Source: an uncultured Gemmatimonadales bacterium
Lineage (GTDB): Bacteria; Gemmatimonadota; Gemmatimonadetes; Gemmatimonadales; GWC2-71-9
Direction: 5' to 3'
Assembly: GCA_963730185.1 (NCBI GenBank)
Contig: CAVSQW010000015.1
Span: 288,001 to 352,000 of the forward strand
Length of the DNA stretch: 64,000 bases
In this document: in pieces, positions 43,492 to 55,894 of the stretch
How the letters are laid out: every line of letters starts with the position of its first letter
How positions within the stretch are numbered: position 1 is the stretch's first letter
Position numbers and translations under genes: made by a program
The notes under the pieces: generated by a model
Databases searched by the model: none
Seen by the model: only the letters and a program-made list of their open reading frames with translations
Told to the model about the DNA's origin: nothing

Positions 43492-43512
<21 letters not shown>
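39793..43512 (+). CDS. Large multi-TM sensor histidine kinase (NtrY-like HAMP-HisKA-HATPase); start uncertain
   Basis: AW.EMA.QIAHEIKNPLTP, NLLENA, DDGEGI and GSGLGL motifs. Many TM segments. Confidence 0.9.
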
Positions 43513-45245
<1,733 letters not shown>

Positions 45246-45249
<4 letters not shown>

Positions 45250-46103
45250 GCGTCGGCCCCCATGATGGCTTCGACGGCATGACTGAACTGACTCTCGACC
45301 TGCTTGAGCAGGGCCGGCACCGCCATCGGCGACAGCTCGAGCATCTCCCAGGCGGCCGGCTCGAATGCGGGCACCAGCCGCTCGCCGCTCGAGCCGAGCG
45401 ACAGGGCATTGGCGATCAGGTCCGCCACGTGAATGGTGGCCGTTTCGATCGGGTAGCGCTGGGCCAGCCGGGGGGCGTGATGCCAGGCGACGGCTTCGAC
45501 CAGCATGGTGGGGAGCCGCCACCGCTCCAGCAGCACCGCCCCCACCGCGCCGTGGTGGAACCCGAGCACCTTGTGCTCGGCCTGATACAGGAGGTCACCG
45601 TCGCGCCGGGCGTTCTGGAGCGCCTCGGCCGCCTCGGAGGGCGACTTGAGGAAGATGATGGGCCGCCCGATGTCGTGGAGCAGTCCCCCCACGAAGAATC
45701 GCTCGACGTTGGCTTCGCGGCGCTGGGCGGCGATCAGGCGGGCCGCGAGGCCGCAGGCGATGCTGTGACGCCAGAACGAGTCCATGTCGACCAGGTCGGC
45801 CGGCACGGCGGCGAAGAGCCGCATGAAGGCGGTGCCGATGGCGAGATCGCGGAGCTGGGTCATGCCGACGATGCTGATCGCCTGGGTGACCGTGTCGATC
45901 CGCGAGGGGTAGCCGTAGATCGGGCTGTTGACCAGCCGGAGGAGCCGGGCCGTGAGGCCGGGGTCTTCGGCGATCACCTTGCCTACGTCGGCGGCGGAGC
46001 TCAGGGGGTGGTCGATCACCTGGGTGAGCCGATGGTACATCGTCTGCACGCTGCCGACGTCGACCGTGCCACGGATCAGATCTTCGGGGCGACGGGGAGT
46101 CAC
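45246..46103 (-). CDS. HDOD domain protein
   Basis: DPGLTARLLRLVNS, FWRHS, GLLHDIG and H..VG..L...W.LP motifs. Confidence 0.92.
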
Positions 46104-46429
46104 CGGACCGCTCGGTGGCTGGCGCGCGTGAGGACGCAGTGCTTGAACACGGCTTCGATCACCGGATGGGAGAGGTCGCAGTGCCGGAAGTTGGGCCGCA
46201 CGTCGGCCTCGGCGGACGCCAGGACCGCCGGGTCGATCGCCGCGGTTTCCGGGTCCTCCATTGGCTCGTCTCCGACGATCTCCGCGTCCGTCACCCCCCA
46301 CATCTGGCAGTAGCGGAGGTGCTTGTCGGTGAGCACGGTGCCACCGGGCAAGAGCAGCCGCCCGATCCCGTCGACAATTTCGACCGCGAGGACCATTTCC
46401 GGCCGGAGATTTTCGAGGCTCACCCGCAT
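46100..46429 (-). CDS. Small hypothetical protein (resembles the N-terminal segment seen on HD-GYP-type proteins)
   Basis: L.P.MVLA..I....GRLLL..G..LT.KH pattern. GTGA coupling to HDOD. Confidence 0.7.
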   Translation of the reverse strand: MRVSLENLRPEMVLAVEIVDGIGRLLLPGGTVLTDKHLRYCQMWGVTDAEIVGDEPMEDPETAAIDPAVLASAEADVRPNFRHCDLSHPVIEAVFKHCVLTRASHRAVR

Positions 46430-46503
46430 GTTCGGCTCACGGTGGGTACGAGGTCCGGTATCGGCTGCCCCGGCACGGACTTGAGTTTCCGCCGGATCGG
46501 TCG

Positions 46504-46848
46504 ATGCTGGATAGGGTGGCGTACCGATTCGACCGTGCCTACTACCGGGTCACGTACCCGCTCACCGCCCGCCCGATCCTCCGGATGGGCGAGGTGACGG
46601 CCATCGTGGTGGACTTGTCGGAGGCCGGGTTTCGGATCCTGATCCCCCGGGGGTGGACCCCGCGGGTGGGCGACCCGGTGGAGGGCCGGATTCGGCTGGT
46701 GTCGGGGACCGAGCACGACGTGGAGGGCGAGATTCTCCGAGTGTCACCGCCGCAGGTGGCCGGCCGACTCGACCAGGGCATTCCCTTCGGGGACATGATG
46801 GCGGAACAGCGCTGGCTCCAGCAGCGCTTCTTTAGCTGGCTGGCCTGA
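46504..46848 (+). CDS. Stand-alone PilZ domain protein
   Basis: RAYYR (RxxxR) and DLSEAG (DxSxxG) motifs. Confidence 0.8.
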   Translation: MLDRVAYRFDRAYYRVTYPLTARPILRMGEVTAIVVDLSEAGFRILIPRGWTPRVGDPVEGRIRLVSGTEHDVEGEILRVSPPQVAGRLDQGIPFGDMMAEQRWLQQRFFSWLA

Positions 46849-47055
46849 TCCGGCAGCGGACCGTACCGAAATCCGACGGCTCGCTTGCGGAGTGCAAAAC
46901 GCTGCGTTTCGGGGCGGTCCGGCCGGTGGGGGCGGGGGCGGGGGTCTCGCCGGACCGGCAGGTCGGCGGCGAGGGGTCGATCGGCCCGGCTTATGCGCGG
47001 GGAGGGAAGAGTCCAACGCGCACGTCAACTGCCTCCCGCAGCCAGGGTACCTCCA

Positions 47056-47520
47056 GTGAACGTCGATCCGATTCCGCAGAATCTCATCGCGGTGCACGAT
47101 CTCCTCTCGGAGACCTTCACCATCGCCAACGAGGAAGCCGCCCGATTTGGCTGGGGGGTGGCCATCTTTCCCCGGACGGGACGGTTCGACGCGCCGGTGT
47201 TCGGCGTCGTCACCTGTGGTGGGGAGTCTACAACGTTGACCTACCGGCTGCTCCAAACGCTGATGGAGCTGCCGGTCTTCGTGAGTGGCCGCGTTCCAGC
47301 CACGATTCGCGACGGCATGGCCTTCGGTCCCCGTCGCTCGACGCCGCCTCCGGCTCTCCTGGATCAGCCCGTTTTACATATCATGCTGACCTGCTGCATT
47401 GGAATGACCCGAGAGGATCTGGATCGAACGATGCCGCTCGAGTCGACGGTCTTCGCCGGCGATCTCAAGGCGCCGATCATCCTGGTGACGGAGAATCGGC
47501 CGGACGGCTGGCCCCGTTAA
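47056..47520 (+). CDS. Hypothetical protein
   Basis: Fills the gap with protein-like composition. No recognised motif, start uncertain. Confidence 0.55.
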   Translation: MNVDPIPQNLIAVHDLLSETFTIANEEAARFGWGVAIFPRTGRFDAPVFGVVTCGGESTTLTYRLLQTLMELPVFVSGRVPATIRDGMAFGPRRSTPPPALLDQPVLHIMLTCCIGMTREDLDRTMPLESTVFAGDLKAPIILVTENRPDGWPR

Positions 47521-48788
47521 GCGCCGTCCACCACTCCCAGAATCGACAGCGCGAGCAGAGCAGCCCACTGGGGGCCGAGGTAGCCTCGGTCCCCATCGTC
47601 GTACCATTCCGCCGGTGAGTGGGCCCCGCGGCCCTGACCCCCGCCGTCGATGGTAATGGCCGGGATGCCGAGGCTCATGGGCAGGTTGGCGTCGGTGCTC
47701 GAGGCGTTGCCCTTGGGCGCCTCCAGTCCCAGAGCCACCGCGGCGTCCTTCGCCGCCCGGACGATCCAGAGCGTGTCGGGCTGCTCCCCGGCCGGGCGCT
47801 CCCCCATCGACTCGAATTCCACCGACAGCTGGGCCGGCGACCGGGGCCACCGGGCCTGTTCGGCGGCGACGGCCGCCCGGACCGCTCGCTTGAAGGCGGT
47901 GTCGACCCGCGCGAGCGACGCGGCGGAGACCGACCGGAGATCCACCTGCATGGTGGCCCGGTTGGCGATCGAGTTCACCGAGGTCCCCCCGTCGACGACC
48001 CCGACGTTGAAGGTGGTCTTGGGGCTCGTCGGTACTTGGAGATCAGCGATGGCCGCGATGGCCCGACCCATGGCGTGGATCGGGCTCGGCATCCCGAACG
48101 CCCCGTAGCTGTGCCCTCCGGGACCGGTAAAGACCACGTGGTATCGGTTGCTGCCGACCGCGGCGGTGGTGAGGCCGAGGCCGGTTCCGTCGATCGAGAT
48201 GAAGGCGTCGATCGGGCCGGCCGGCTTCTGGCCGAACAGGTTCCGCATCCCCCGGAGGTTGCCCGGACCCTCCTCGCCGACGTCGGCCACCAGGATCAGG
48301 TCGCCGCGGGTGCGGATGCCGGCCCGCTCCACGCCCCGGGCCACCGCCAGGAGCACCGCCAATCCCCGACAGTCGTCGCCGATGCCGGGGCCCGCCAGGC
48401 GGGTGCCGTTCCGGGTTACCCCCACGTCGGTCCCTTCGGGGAAGACCGTGTCGAGGTGCGCGGCCAGCACGAGCCGAGGCCCGCCCCCGGTGCCCTTCCG
48501 CACCGCGATGACGTTGCCGACGGCGTCGATCGTGGTGTCGTGGTACCCGAGGGCCTCGAGCCGGCGCTGCAGCTCCCGGCCGCGCTCGGCTTCGTGAAAA
48601 GGCGGGGCCGGAATCTCGCAGATCGATTTCTGCTGGTCGAGCGTCCAGGCGTTGTCCTGCTCGATCAGGGCCAGCGCCCGGGCCACGTCGGGGCGATCGA
48701 CCAGCTTGGCCTGCGCCGCGACGCCGCCGGGGAGCCCGGCGAGGAGTCCGGCCAGGAGGACAGCGGGGGCGGCCGGCGCCCGACTCAC
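47517..48788 (-). CDS. M20/M25/M40 family metallopeptidase (secreted)
   Basis: AHLDTV, GIGDD, VGEEG, GGHS, SSTDAN and AHS..E motifs. Confidence 0.9.
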   Translation of the reverse strand: MSRAPAAPAVLLAGLLAGLPGGVAAQAKLVDRPDVARALALIEQDNAWTLDQQKSICEIPAPPFHEAERGRELQRRLEALGYHDTTIDAVGNVIAVRKGTGGGPRLVLAAHLDTVFPEGTDVGVTRNGTRLAGPGIGDDCRGLAVLLAVARGVERAGIRTRGDLILVADVGEEGPGNLRGMRNLFGQKPAGPIDAFISIDGTGLGLTTAAVGSNRYHVVFTGPGGHSYGAFGMPSPIHAMGRAIAAIADLQVPTSPKTTFNVGVVDGGTSVNSIANRATMQVDLRSVSAASLARVDTAFKRAVRAAVAAEQARWPRSPAQLSVEFESMGERPAGEQPDTLWIVRAAKDAAVALGLEAPKGNASSTDANLPMSLGIPAITIDGGGQGRGAHSPAEWYDDGDRGYLGPQWAALLALSILGVVDGA

Positions 48789-49258
48789 GCGCGCCCCCGG
48801 GCCGCCGGCCGGGGAGCGCGCCGGCGTCCGGCCTTGCGGGGGACCTTCGTGCGGGGGGCCGCGCGCCGCCGAGGACGGACCATGGCGATCGCCTGAATCT
48901 CGATCTCGGCGCCGGAGTGGAGCGGCGCCACCGGAACGATCACCCGGGAGGGGCGATGGGCACCGAGGATCCGGGCGTAGGTGGCGTTCACGGCCGGCCA
49001 GTGGGCGATGTCGCTCACGTAGATCGTCACCTGAATCAGCCGATCGAGGCCGCTTCCCGCGGCCTCGAGCACCCGGGCGACGTTGGCCAGTGTCCGCTCG
49101 GTCTGGCCCTCGATGCTCCCGCCCTCGACCACCCCGGTCTCGAGGTCGGCGGGGAGCTGGCCGGAGACGAAGACGAGGCCGCCGTGGACGATGGCCTGGG
49201 AATAGTGTCCGACGGGGCGTTTGGTCCCCGGCGCCTGGATGGATGTGATCGTCCGCAT
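48785..49258 (-). CDS. RidA/YjgF family protein
   Basis: P.GHYSQA, FVSGQLP, PSR and IEIQAIA motifs. Confidence 0.9.
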   Translation of the reverse strand: MRTITSIQAPGTKRPVGHYSQAIVHGGLVFVSGQLPADLETGVVEGGSIEGQTERTLANVARVLEAAGSGLDRLIQVTIYVSDIAHWPAVNATYARILGAHRPSRVIVPVAPLHSGAEIEIQAIAMVRPRRRAAPRTKVPRKAGRRRAPRPAARGRA

Positions 49259-49347
49259 GGTGAACGCTGGTTCAGGAAGACGACGGGTGGTTCGCGGATG
49301 GGCAGGAATCTCGGTCGCGATGGCAAAGGGTGCAACCACCGTCGTCG

Positions 49348-50169
49348 CTACAATCGCGAGACGATCGGTCGGGTTGCCGCCTTGAGCTCCGCCACGAAGT
49401 CGCGCAATCGCGCCCATCCGGACTGGCCGAGCGAGGGGTCGGCCAGCCGGCGAACCACCGCCGAGCCCGCGATCGCGCCCGCGGCGCCGGCGGCCAGCAC
49501 CGCCCGGACGGCGGCCGGGGTGGAAATGCCGAAGCCCACGACCGGGGGAGGCGCCCCGAGCGTCCGGAGGCGCTCGATCCGCTCGGCGAGGTCGGCCTGG
49601 TCGTGCCGGTCGTCACCGGTGACGCCGGCCCGGCTGGTCACGTAGGTGTACCCTCGTGACCGGGCGGCGATGCCGGCGAGCCGGTCGGCGGAGGCGTTAG
49701 GCGGGGCGATCAGGACCGGCGCGATGCCGGCCCCGATCGCCGCGGCCTCGAATGGCGCGGCCTCGGCCAGCGGCAGGTCGGCCACCAGCACCGAGTCGAC
49801 CCCGGCCTCGCGGGCCGCGGCGTAGAAGGCGGCCGGTCCCGGCCGGACCACCAGGTTGGCGTAGACCAGCAGGCCGATCGGAAGGTCGGGCGCCCGGCGG
49901 CGCACCCGGGCGATCAGCTCCCAGCAACCGGCGATCCGGGTGCCCGCCGCCAGGGCGCGAGTCGCCGCCGCCTGGATGACCGGCCCGTCGGCAACCGGGT
50001 CGGAGAAGGGCAACCCGAGCTCGAGGGCGTCGGCGCCGCCATCGACCAGGGCCTCGAGGACGGCGTGGCTCGCGCCGGGATCGGGGTCGCCAAGGGTGAC
50101 GAAGGGGATGAAGGCGCCTTCGCCGCGGGCGGCCAGGACGGAGAACATCCGATCGTAGCGGTCGGTCAT
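49348..50169 (-). CDS. trpA: Tryptophan synthase alpha
   Basis: [24 protein letters not shown] and GFGIS motifs. Confidence 0.96.
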   Translation of the reverse strand: MTDRYDRMFSVLAARGEGAFIPFVTLGDPDPGASHAVLEALVDGGADALELGLPFSDPVADGPVIQAAATRALAAGTRIAGCWELIARVRRRAPDLPIGLLVYANLVVRPGPAAFYAAAREAGVDSVLVADLPLAEAAPFEAAAIGAGIAPVLIAPPNASADRLAGIAARSRGYTYVTSRAGVTGDDRHDQADLAERIERLRTLGAPPPVVGFGISTPAAVRAVLAAGAAGAIAGSAVVRRLADPSLGQSGWARLRDFVAELKAATRPIVSRL

Positions 50170-51335
50170 CGGGTTTCCTCGATCCACCGTTGCACGCTCG
50201 CCAGGTCCTTGTCGCCCCGGCCGCTCAGGTTCACCAGGACCCGCCGTCCCTCCCGGACCAGCTCCCGCGCCCGGGCCAGGGCGTGAGCCGACTCGAGGGC
50301 GGGCAGGATACCCTCCAGGCGGGTGAACTCCACCAGCGTGTCCAGGGCCTCGACGTCGGTACATCCGAGGTAACGCGCCCTCCCTTCCCGAGCCAGATGG
50401 GCGTGCTCGGGGCCAACGGCCGGATAGTCGAGTCCGGCCGAGACCGAATGCGACTCCAGAATCTGTCCGTCGCCCTCCTGCAGCAGCATGGTGTAGGCGC
50501 CGTGGAGGACGCCGGGGCTCCCCCGGAGGAGGGTGGCGCCGTGGGCGCCGCTGTCCAGCCCGCGACCGGCCGGCTCGACCCCGACCAGGTCGACCCCGGC
50601 ATCGGCGAGGAAGGCCGTGAAGATGCCGATCGCGTTGGAGCCACCGCCGACGCACGCGACCACGACCTCGGGCAAGCCGCCGACCGCGTCGAGAAACTGG
50701 GCCCGGGCCTCGTCGCCGATCACCCGTTGGAAGTCACGCACCATGGTGGGGAAGGGGTGCGGTCCGGCGACGGTGCCCAGCAGGTAGTGCGTGGTGGAAT
50801 ACGAGCCGGACCAGTCGCGAAGCGCTTCGTTGATGGCATCCTTCAGGGTGGCGCTTCCGGTGGCGACCGGCACCACCTCGGCGCCGAAGAGCCGCATCCG
50901 GTCCACGTTCGGGCGCTGTCGCTCCAGGTCGCGGGCACCCATGTAGATCACGGTCTCGAGGCCGAGGACCGCGCCGGTGAGCGCGGTGGCCACGCCGTGC
51001 TGGCCCGCGCCGGTCTCGGCGATCAGGCGCCGCTTGCCGATCCGGCGGGCCAGGAGCCCCTGGCCCAGGGCCTGGTTGGTCTTGTGCGCGCCGCCGTGGA
51101 GCAGGTCCTCCCGCTTGAGCCAGAGGCCGCCTCCGGTGTCGGCGCCGAAGCGCCGACACCGGTGGAGCGGGGTGGGGCGTCCCGCGAAGGTTCGGAGCAG
51201 CTCGTCGAGCTCGGCCGTGAAGGCGGGGTCCACCCGGGCGTCCAGGAAGGCCGCCTCCAGCTCCTCGAGGGCGGGCATCAGGATCTCGGGCACGAAGGTC
51301 CCGCCGAACTCGCCGAACCGGGTCGCCAGCTTCAT
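50166..51335 (-). CDS. trpB: Tryptophan synthase beta
   Basis: [28 protein letters not shown] and NLSGRGDKD motifs. Confidence 0.97.
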   Translation of the reverse strand: MKLATRFGEFGGTFVPEILMPALEELEAAFLDARVDPAFTAELDELLRTFAGRPTPLHRCRRFGADTGGGLWLKREDLLHGGAHKTNQALGQGLLARRIGKRRLIAETGAGQHGVATALTGAVLGLETVIYMGARDLERQRPNVDRMRLFGAEVVPVATGSATLKDAINEALRDWSGSYSTTHYLLGTVAGPHPFPTMVRDFQRVIGDEARAQFLDAVGGLPEVVVACVGGGSNAIGIFTAFLADAGVDLVGVEPAGRGLDSGAHGATLLRGSPGVLHGAYTMLLQEGDGQILESHSVSAGLDYPAVGPEHAHLAREGRARYLGCTDVEALDTLVEFTRLEGILPALESAHALARARELVREGRRVLVNLSGRGDKDLASVQRWIEETR

Positions 51336-52717
51336 GAGGCCTCCCAGCGCCGGCCGCCGCGCCGACCGGCGAAGAAGCGCGCCAGCAGGGCGGCGTCCTT
51401 GAGTCCGGCCCCGCTCTCGACCCCGGAGCTCACGTCCAGGAACGGAATGCCGAGGGTGACGGCGCAGTACACGCTGTCGGGGGCCAGGCCGCCGCTCAGG
51501 ATGTAGCGCTCGGGCCGGTCCAGGCGTTCGAGCAAGCTCCAGTCGAACTGCCGGCCGGTGCCGCCCCGCCGCCCGGGGACGCTGGCATCGAGCAGCACCC
51601 GGTCGGCGCCCGTCTCTTCCGGAGTCGGAATCCGGTCGCGGACCGGGACCGCCTGCCAGACCTCGCAGCCATCGGGGAGCAAGGGCCGGAGCCGACCGAC
51701 GTCGTCGGCGGTCTCGTCGCCATGGAGTTGGACCGCCGCGAGATCGAGCACCTGGGCCAGCTCGGCGATTCGCCGGGGGGCGTCGTTAACGAACACGCCG
51801 ACCCACTCGAGGGGTGCCGCGCGCCGGAGCTCCCGGGCCCGGCGCGGAGTGACGACCCGGGACGACTCGGCCGCGAAGACCAGTCCGCCGTGGGTGGCTC
51901 CGGCCTGGGCGGCGGCGATGGCGTCGGCCTCCCGGGTCAGGCCGCACACCTTGGTCCGGCCGAAGACCAGCTCACGGGTGGCCGCGTCGACGTCGTCCGC
52001 CCGCATCAGGGCGGTCCCCACCAGGAATCCGTGGACCACGTCGCGGAGGGCCGCGACGTCGGCGTGCGAGCGGATCCCGGATTCGGCGATCAGGACCGAA
52101 CCCGGAGGAGCCTGCCCGGCCAGCCGCCGGGTTACTGACCGATCGACGGCCAGGGTCCGAAGGTCGCGGTTGTTGATCCCGATGACCGGGGCGCCGAGCC
52201 GAGCCGCCCGGGCCAGCTCTTCCTCGGTATGGACCTCCGTCAGGACGCCCATGCCCAGTTGCTCGGCCTGGCGCTCGCAGACCCGATAATCGAGATCGTC
52301 GAGGACCGACAACATCAGCAGGACCGCGTCGGCACCGGCCCGCCGGGCCTCGATCACCTGGTAGGGCTCGAGGATGAAGTCCTTGCAGAGGATCGGTTGG
52401 GGCACCGCGGCCCTGACCCGGGAGACCAGGTCGAGCGACCCCCCGAAGAAGGGTCCGTCGGCCAGGACCGAGACCACGCTGGCGTGGCGGGCATAGGCGG
52501 CCAGCGCCGGGTCGAGGTCGGCGATCGGCCGGAGCGCCCCTTCCGACGGCGAGGCCGGCTTGATTTCCAGGATGAACGCCGGGGCGGCCCCGCCGAGCGC
52601 GGAGACAAAGCTTCGGTCCGAGCGGCAGAGCCCCCGGAAGAGCAGCCGCTCGGGTCGCTCGGCCTTCCGGGCGCGGAGTTCGTCGCGCTTGGCCGCGAGA
52701 ATCGCCTCAATGGCCAT
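51332..52717 (-). CDS. trpCF: Bifunctional IGP synthase/PRA isomerase
   Basis: [13 protein letters not shown] and GINNRDL, then KVCGLTR, VQLHG, SGGL and DVSSGVE. Confidence 0.94.
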   Translation of the reverse strand: MAIEAILAAKRDELRARKAERPERLLFRGLCRSDRSFVSALGGAAPAFILEIKPASPSEGALRPIADLDPALAAYARHASVVSVLADGPFFGGSLDLVSRVRAAVPQPILCKDFILEPYQVIEARRAGADAVLLMLSVLDDLDYRVCERQAEQLGMGVLTEVHTEEELARAARLGAPVIGINNRDLRTLAVDRSVTRRLAGQAPPGSVLIAESGIRSHADVAALRDVVHGFLVGTALMRADDVDAATRELVFGRTKVCGLTREADAIAAAQAGATHGGLVFAAESSRVVTPRRARELRRAAPLEWVGVFVNDAPRRIAELAQVLDLAAVQLHGDETADDVGRLRPLLPDGCEVWQAVPVRDRIPTPEETGADRVLLDASVPGRRGGTGRQFDWSLLERLDRPERYILSGGLAPDSVYCAVTLGIPFLDVSSGVESGAGLKDAALLARFFAGRRGGRRWEAS

Positions 52718-53720
52718 GGGATGCCTCCACGAGTTGAATGAGCCGTGACTCGCCCGCCCCGGCCAGCAGGGCGTCCCGGGCCGTGGCGACGGCCTGCCGG
52801 AGCGATGGGGCTTGCCCGGCGATCCAGAGCAGGGCGCCGGCGTTCAGGGCGACGGCGTCGACGTGGACTGGATCGCCGCGCCCGGCGAGCAGAGTGCGGA
52901 GCCAGGCGGCGGCGCCGTCGGGACCGTGGCCGGCGAGGGCCTGGACCGGCGCGGGCCGGACGCCGAGCCCGTCGGGGTCGAGGGTGAGCATCTCCACCCG
53001 TCCGTCGCGGAGCCGGGCCGCCGTGGTGGGCCCGTGGAGCGCGAGCTCGTCGAGCCCGCTGCCGTGGACCACCAGGGCCGCCCGGCAGCCGAGGAGGTGG
53101 AGGGTCTCCGCGGCGGGGCGGCAGAGGTGCGGGGTGTAGATCCCCATCACCTGGAACTCGGGCCGGGCCGGGTTCACGAGGGGACCGAGGAGGTTGAACA
53201 GGGTCCTGGTCCGAAGGGTTCGCCGCACGGTCATCGCCTGGCGCACCCCGGGGTGGTAGGCGGGAGCGAAGAGGAAGCAGAGGCCGACGTCGTCGAGGGT
53301 GCGCCGAGCCACCGCGGGCGGCGGATCGAGCCGGAGGCCGGACGCCTCCAGGAGGTCGGCCGAGCCGCACCGCGAGGAGCTGGCCCGGTTGCCGTGCTTG
53401 GCGACCGGCACCCCGCACGCGGCGGCCACGAAGCCGGCGGCGGTCGAGACGTTGATCGTGCCGGCGCCGTCGCCCCCCGTTCCACAGGTGTCGGCGACCG
53501 GGTAGTCCGGCTTGGGAAACGGCACCGCCGCCTCCCGAAGGGCCCGGGCCGCCCCGGCGATCTCCGCCGGGGTCTCGCCCCGGGTCTTGAGCGCGGCGAG
53601 CACGGCCGCGATCTCGACCTCGGAGAGCTGCCCCCCGATCAGCTCGGCGAAGGTGGCGTAGCTCTCGTCCTGATCGAGGCTCCGTCGGGAGAGCGTCTCG
53701 AGCAGCTCACTGACCGGCAT
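52707..53720 (-). CDS. trpD: Anthranilate phosphoribosyltransferase
   Basis: DTCGTGGDG..TINVST, KHGNR and GLDE motifs. Confidence 0.96.
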   Translation of the reverse strand: MPVSELLETLSRRSLDQDESYATFAELIGGQLSEVEIAAVLAALKTRGETPAEIAGAARALREAAVPFPKPDYPVADTCGTGGDGAGTINVSTAAGFVAAACGVPVAKHGNRASSSRCGSADLLEASGLRLDPPPAVARRTLDDVGLCFLFAPAYHPGVRQAMTVRRTLRTRTLFNLLGPLVNPARPEFQVMGIYTPHLCRPAAETLHLLGCRAALVVHGSGLDELALHGPTTAARLRDGRVEMLTLDPDGLGVRPAPVQALAGHGPDGAAAWLRTLLAGRGDPVHVDAVALNAGALLWIAGQAPSLRQAVATARDALLAGAGESRLIQLVEASHGH

Positions 53721-54303
53721 GAGAGGCCCACCGGATGACGTTGTCGATGATCCGGCCGCCGGCCGGGGTGAGCACCGATTCGGGATGGAACTGCACCCCG
53801 AGCGCGGGGAGCGCGCGATGCTGGACCGCCATGACCACCGCGCCCGCGGTGGCCGACACCTCGAGCGAATCGGGCACCCGGGTGGCGGCGAGCGAGTGAT
53901 ATCGGGCCACCGGGAAGGTCCGGGGCAGTCCGTCGAAGAGCGGGCCCCCCCGATGGGTGAGGGTCGACGACTTTCCGTGGAGGACCTCAGCCGCGGGGCC
54001 GACGCTCCCGCCGAAGGCTTCGACCATCGCCTGGTGGCCGAGACAGATGCCGAAGATCGGCACCCGGCCCGCGGCGCGGCGGATCACCTCGAGACACGAA
54101 CCCGCCGAGGCCGGCGTGCCGGGCCCGGGCGAGAGCGCGAGCAGGGTCGGGGGTCCGCTCCGGGTGGCGGCTCCGACCACCGCCTCGGCGGGACGATCGT
54201 TCCGGAACACCTCGACCGGCACGCCCCGGCGGGCGAACTCGTCGACCAGGTTGTAGGTGAAGGAGTCGACGTTGTCGAGAAACACCACCCGAAGCTCAGG
54301 CAT
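53707..54303 (-). CDS. trpG: Anthranilate synthase component II (glutamine amidotransferase)
   Basis: DNVDSFTYNL, SPGPG, GICLGHQ and QFHPES motifs. Confidence 0.95.
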   Translation of the reverse strand: MPELRVVFLDNVDSFTYNLVDEFARRGVPVEVFRNDRPAEAVVGAATRSGPPTLLALSPGPGTPASAGSCLEVIRRAAGRVPIFGICLGHQAMVEAFGGSVGPAAEVLHGKSSTLTHRGGPLFDGLPRTFPVARYHSLAATRVPDSLEVSATAGAVVMAVQHRALPALGVQFHPESVLTPAGGRIIDNVIRWASHAGQ

Positions 54304-55894
54304 GGGCCATCGCTCCCGACCCCACGGCCTCGAGGACCGCGCGGGCCTTGCGGGAGGTCTCGTCGGCCTCGCGCTCCGGGACCGAGTCGAGCACCACGCC
54401 GGCCCCGGCCCGGACGTGGGCGACCCCGTCCTTCACCAGGGCCGACCGGATCACGATCGCGGTCTCGAGAGTCCCATCGTCGAGCAGGTAGCCCACCGCG
54501 CCACCGTAGAATCCGCGTCGCGACGGCTCCACGCCCCGGAGCAGCTCGGCCGCCCGGACCTTCGGCGCGCCGACCAGAGTGCCCATGTTGAGGGTCGCGG
54601 CATAGGCCTCGAGCGCGTCGACCCCGGCCCGGAGCGTGCCGCTCACCTCCGACACCAGGTGCATCACGTGGGCGTAGCGCTCCACCGCGAGCAGCCGGGT
54701 TACGGCCCTGGTGCCGGGCTCGCTGACCCGGGCCACGTCGTTCCGGGCCAGGTCCACCAGCATGAGGTGCTCGGCCGATTCCTTGAGGTCGAGCCGGAGG
54801 GCCACCTCGTTCCGGGTGTCGCCGTCGAGGTCGATCCGGCCGTCCGGACCGCGGGCCCGGGCGGCGGTCCCGGCGATCGGCAGGATGGTGGCCCGGCGGG
54901 CCGGACCGTCGACCCGAAGGCAGGTCTCCGGCGAAGCACCGAGGAGTACGTGCGCCGCGCTTCGAAGGAAGAAGAGATAGGGACTCGGGTTGATGCTCCG
55001 GAGCCGGCGATAGGCCGCCAGCGGATCGGGGCAGGCGAGCGAGAAGGTCCGGGAGGGGACGATCTGATACGCATCGCCCGCCCGGAGGTGCCGCTGGAGG
55101 CCGGCCACCACCTGGGCGTACGCCGGATCCGACTGATCGACGGTGACCGCGCCGGGGTCGAGGTCGGGGGGGCCATGGTCCGGCCCGGTCGGGGCGCTGG
55201 GGGCCGCGGCACCGACCGCCGTCACCAGCTGCTCGAGCGCCCGGGTGGCGTCGTGATACCGAAGCGGAGCGTCGGCGCCGCCCCAGCAGGTGGTGACGAC
55301 CAGGGTGTGACGGCGCCCGTGATCCACCAGCACCAGCCGGTCCGGGATCCAGCACTCGAAGACCGGCTGCTCCAGCGGATCGGGCCGGCCGAGCGGCAGG
55401 GCCTCGAAGTAGTCGATCAGGTCGTAGCCCAGCATCCCGGCGGCCAGATGGCACCAGGGGTTGGGACGCGAGGTGAGTCTCGGTCCCGAGCTCACCATCC
55501 GGAGCAGGTCGAGTGGCGACGGTTGGCGGTACCGCTGCCGCTCGTCGGTGCAGCCGGCCGGATTCCGTTCGATCGGCACTTGGAGCCGATCGGGGGCCTC
55601 CCGGTCGGCCTCGGGGAGCTGGCCCTCGAGCCAGTCGAGCGCGGCGAGCCCGTTGGGGGAGAGGGCACGGATGCTCACCCGTTCCAGGTCGGCCGCCAGG
55701 TGGAGGGCCGATCGAACGCCGAGCAGACTCCGCTCGCCGTCATGGGTGGCTCGGTCGGCCGACTCCAGCAGGAAGGTGTGCGGGGTATCGCCGCCGGTGA
55801 GCGAGGCGAAGAGCGCCAGCGGGTCAGGCGCCCCCGGCAGGCGCCGGACCAGCGGTTGGATCACACCCAGCCCGAGATCGCCGGCCGGGGTCAC
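54296..55894 (-). CDS. trpE: Anthranilate synthase component I
   Basis: LLES, NPSPY, GASPE, PIAGT, EHLMLVDLARND and GAPK motifs. Confidence 0.95.
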   Translation of the reverse strand: MTPAGDLGLGVIQPLVRRLPGAPDPLALFASLTGGDTPHTFLLESADRATHDGERSLLGVRSALHLAADLERVSIRALSPNGLAALDWLEGQLPEADREAPDRLQVPIERNPAGCTDERQRYRQPSPLDLLRMVSSGPRLTSRPNPWCHLAAGMLGYDLIDYFEALPLGRPDPLEQPVFECWIPDRLVLVDHGRRHTLVVTTCWGGADAPLRYHDATRALEQLVTAVGAAAPSAPTGPDHGPPDLDPGAVTVDQSDPAYAQVVAGLQRHLRAGDAYQIVPSRTFSLACPDPLAAYRRLRSINPSPYLFFLRSAAHVLLGASPETCLRVDGPARRATILPIAGTAARARGPDGRIDLDGDTRNEVALRLDLKESAEHLMLVDLARNDVARVSEPGTRAVTRLLAVERYAHVMHLVSEVSGTLRAGVDALEAYAATLNMGTLVGAPKVRAAELLRGVEPSRRGFYGGAVGYLLDDGTLETAIVIRSALVKDGVAHVRAGAGVVLDSVPEREADETSRKARAVLEAVGSGAMAHA

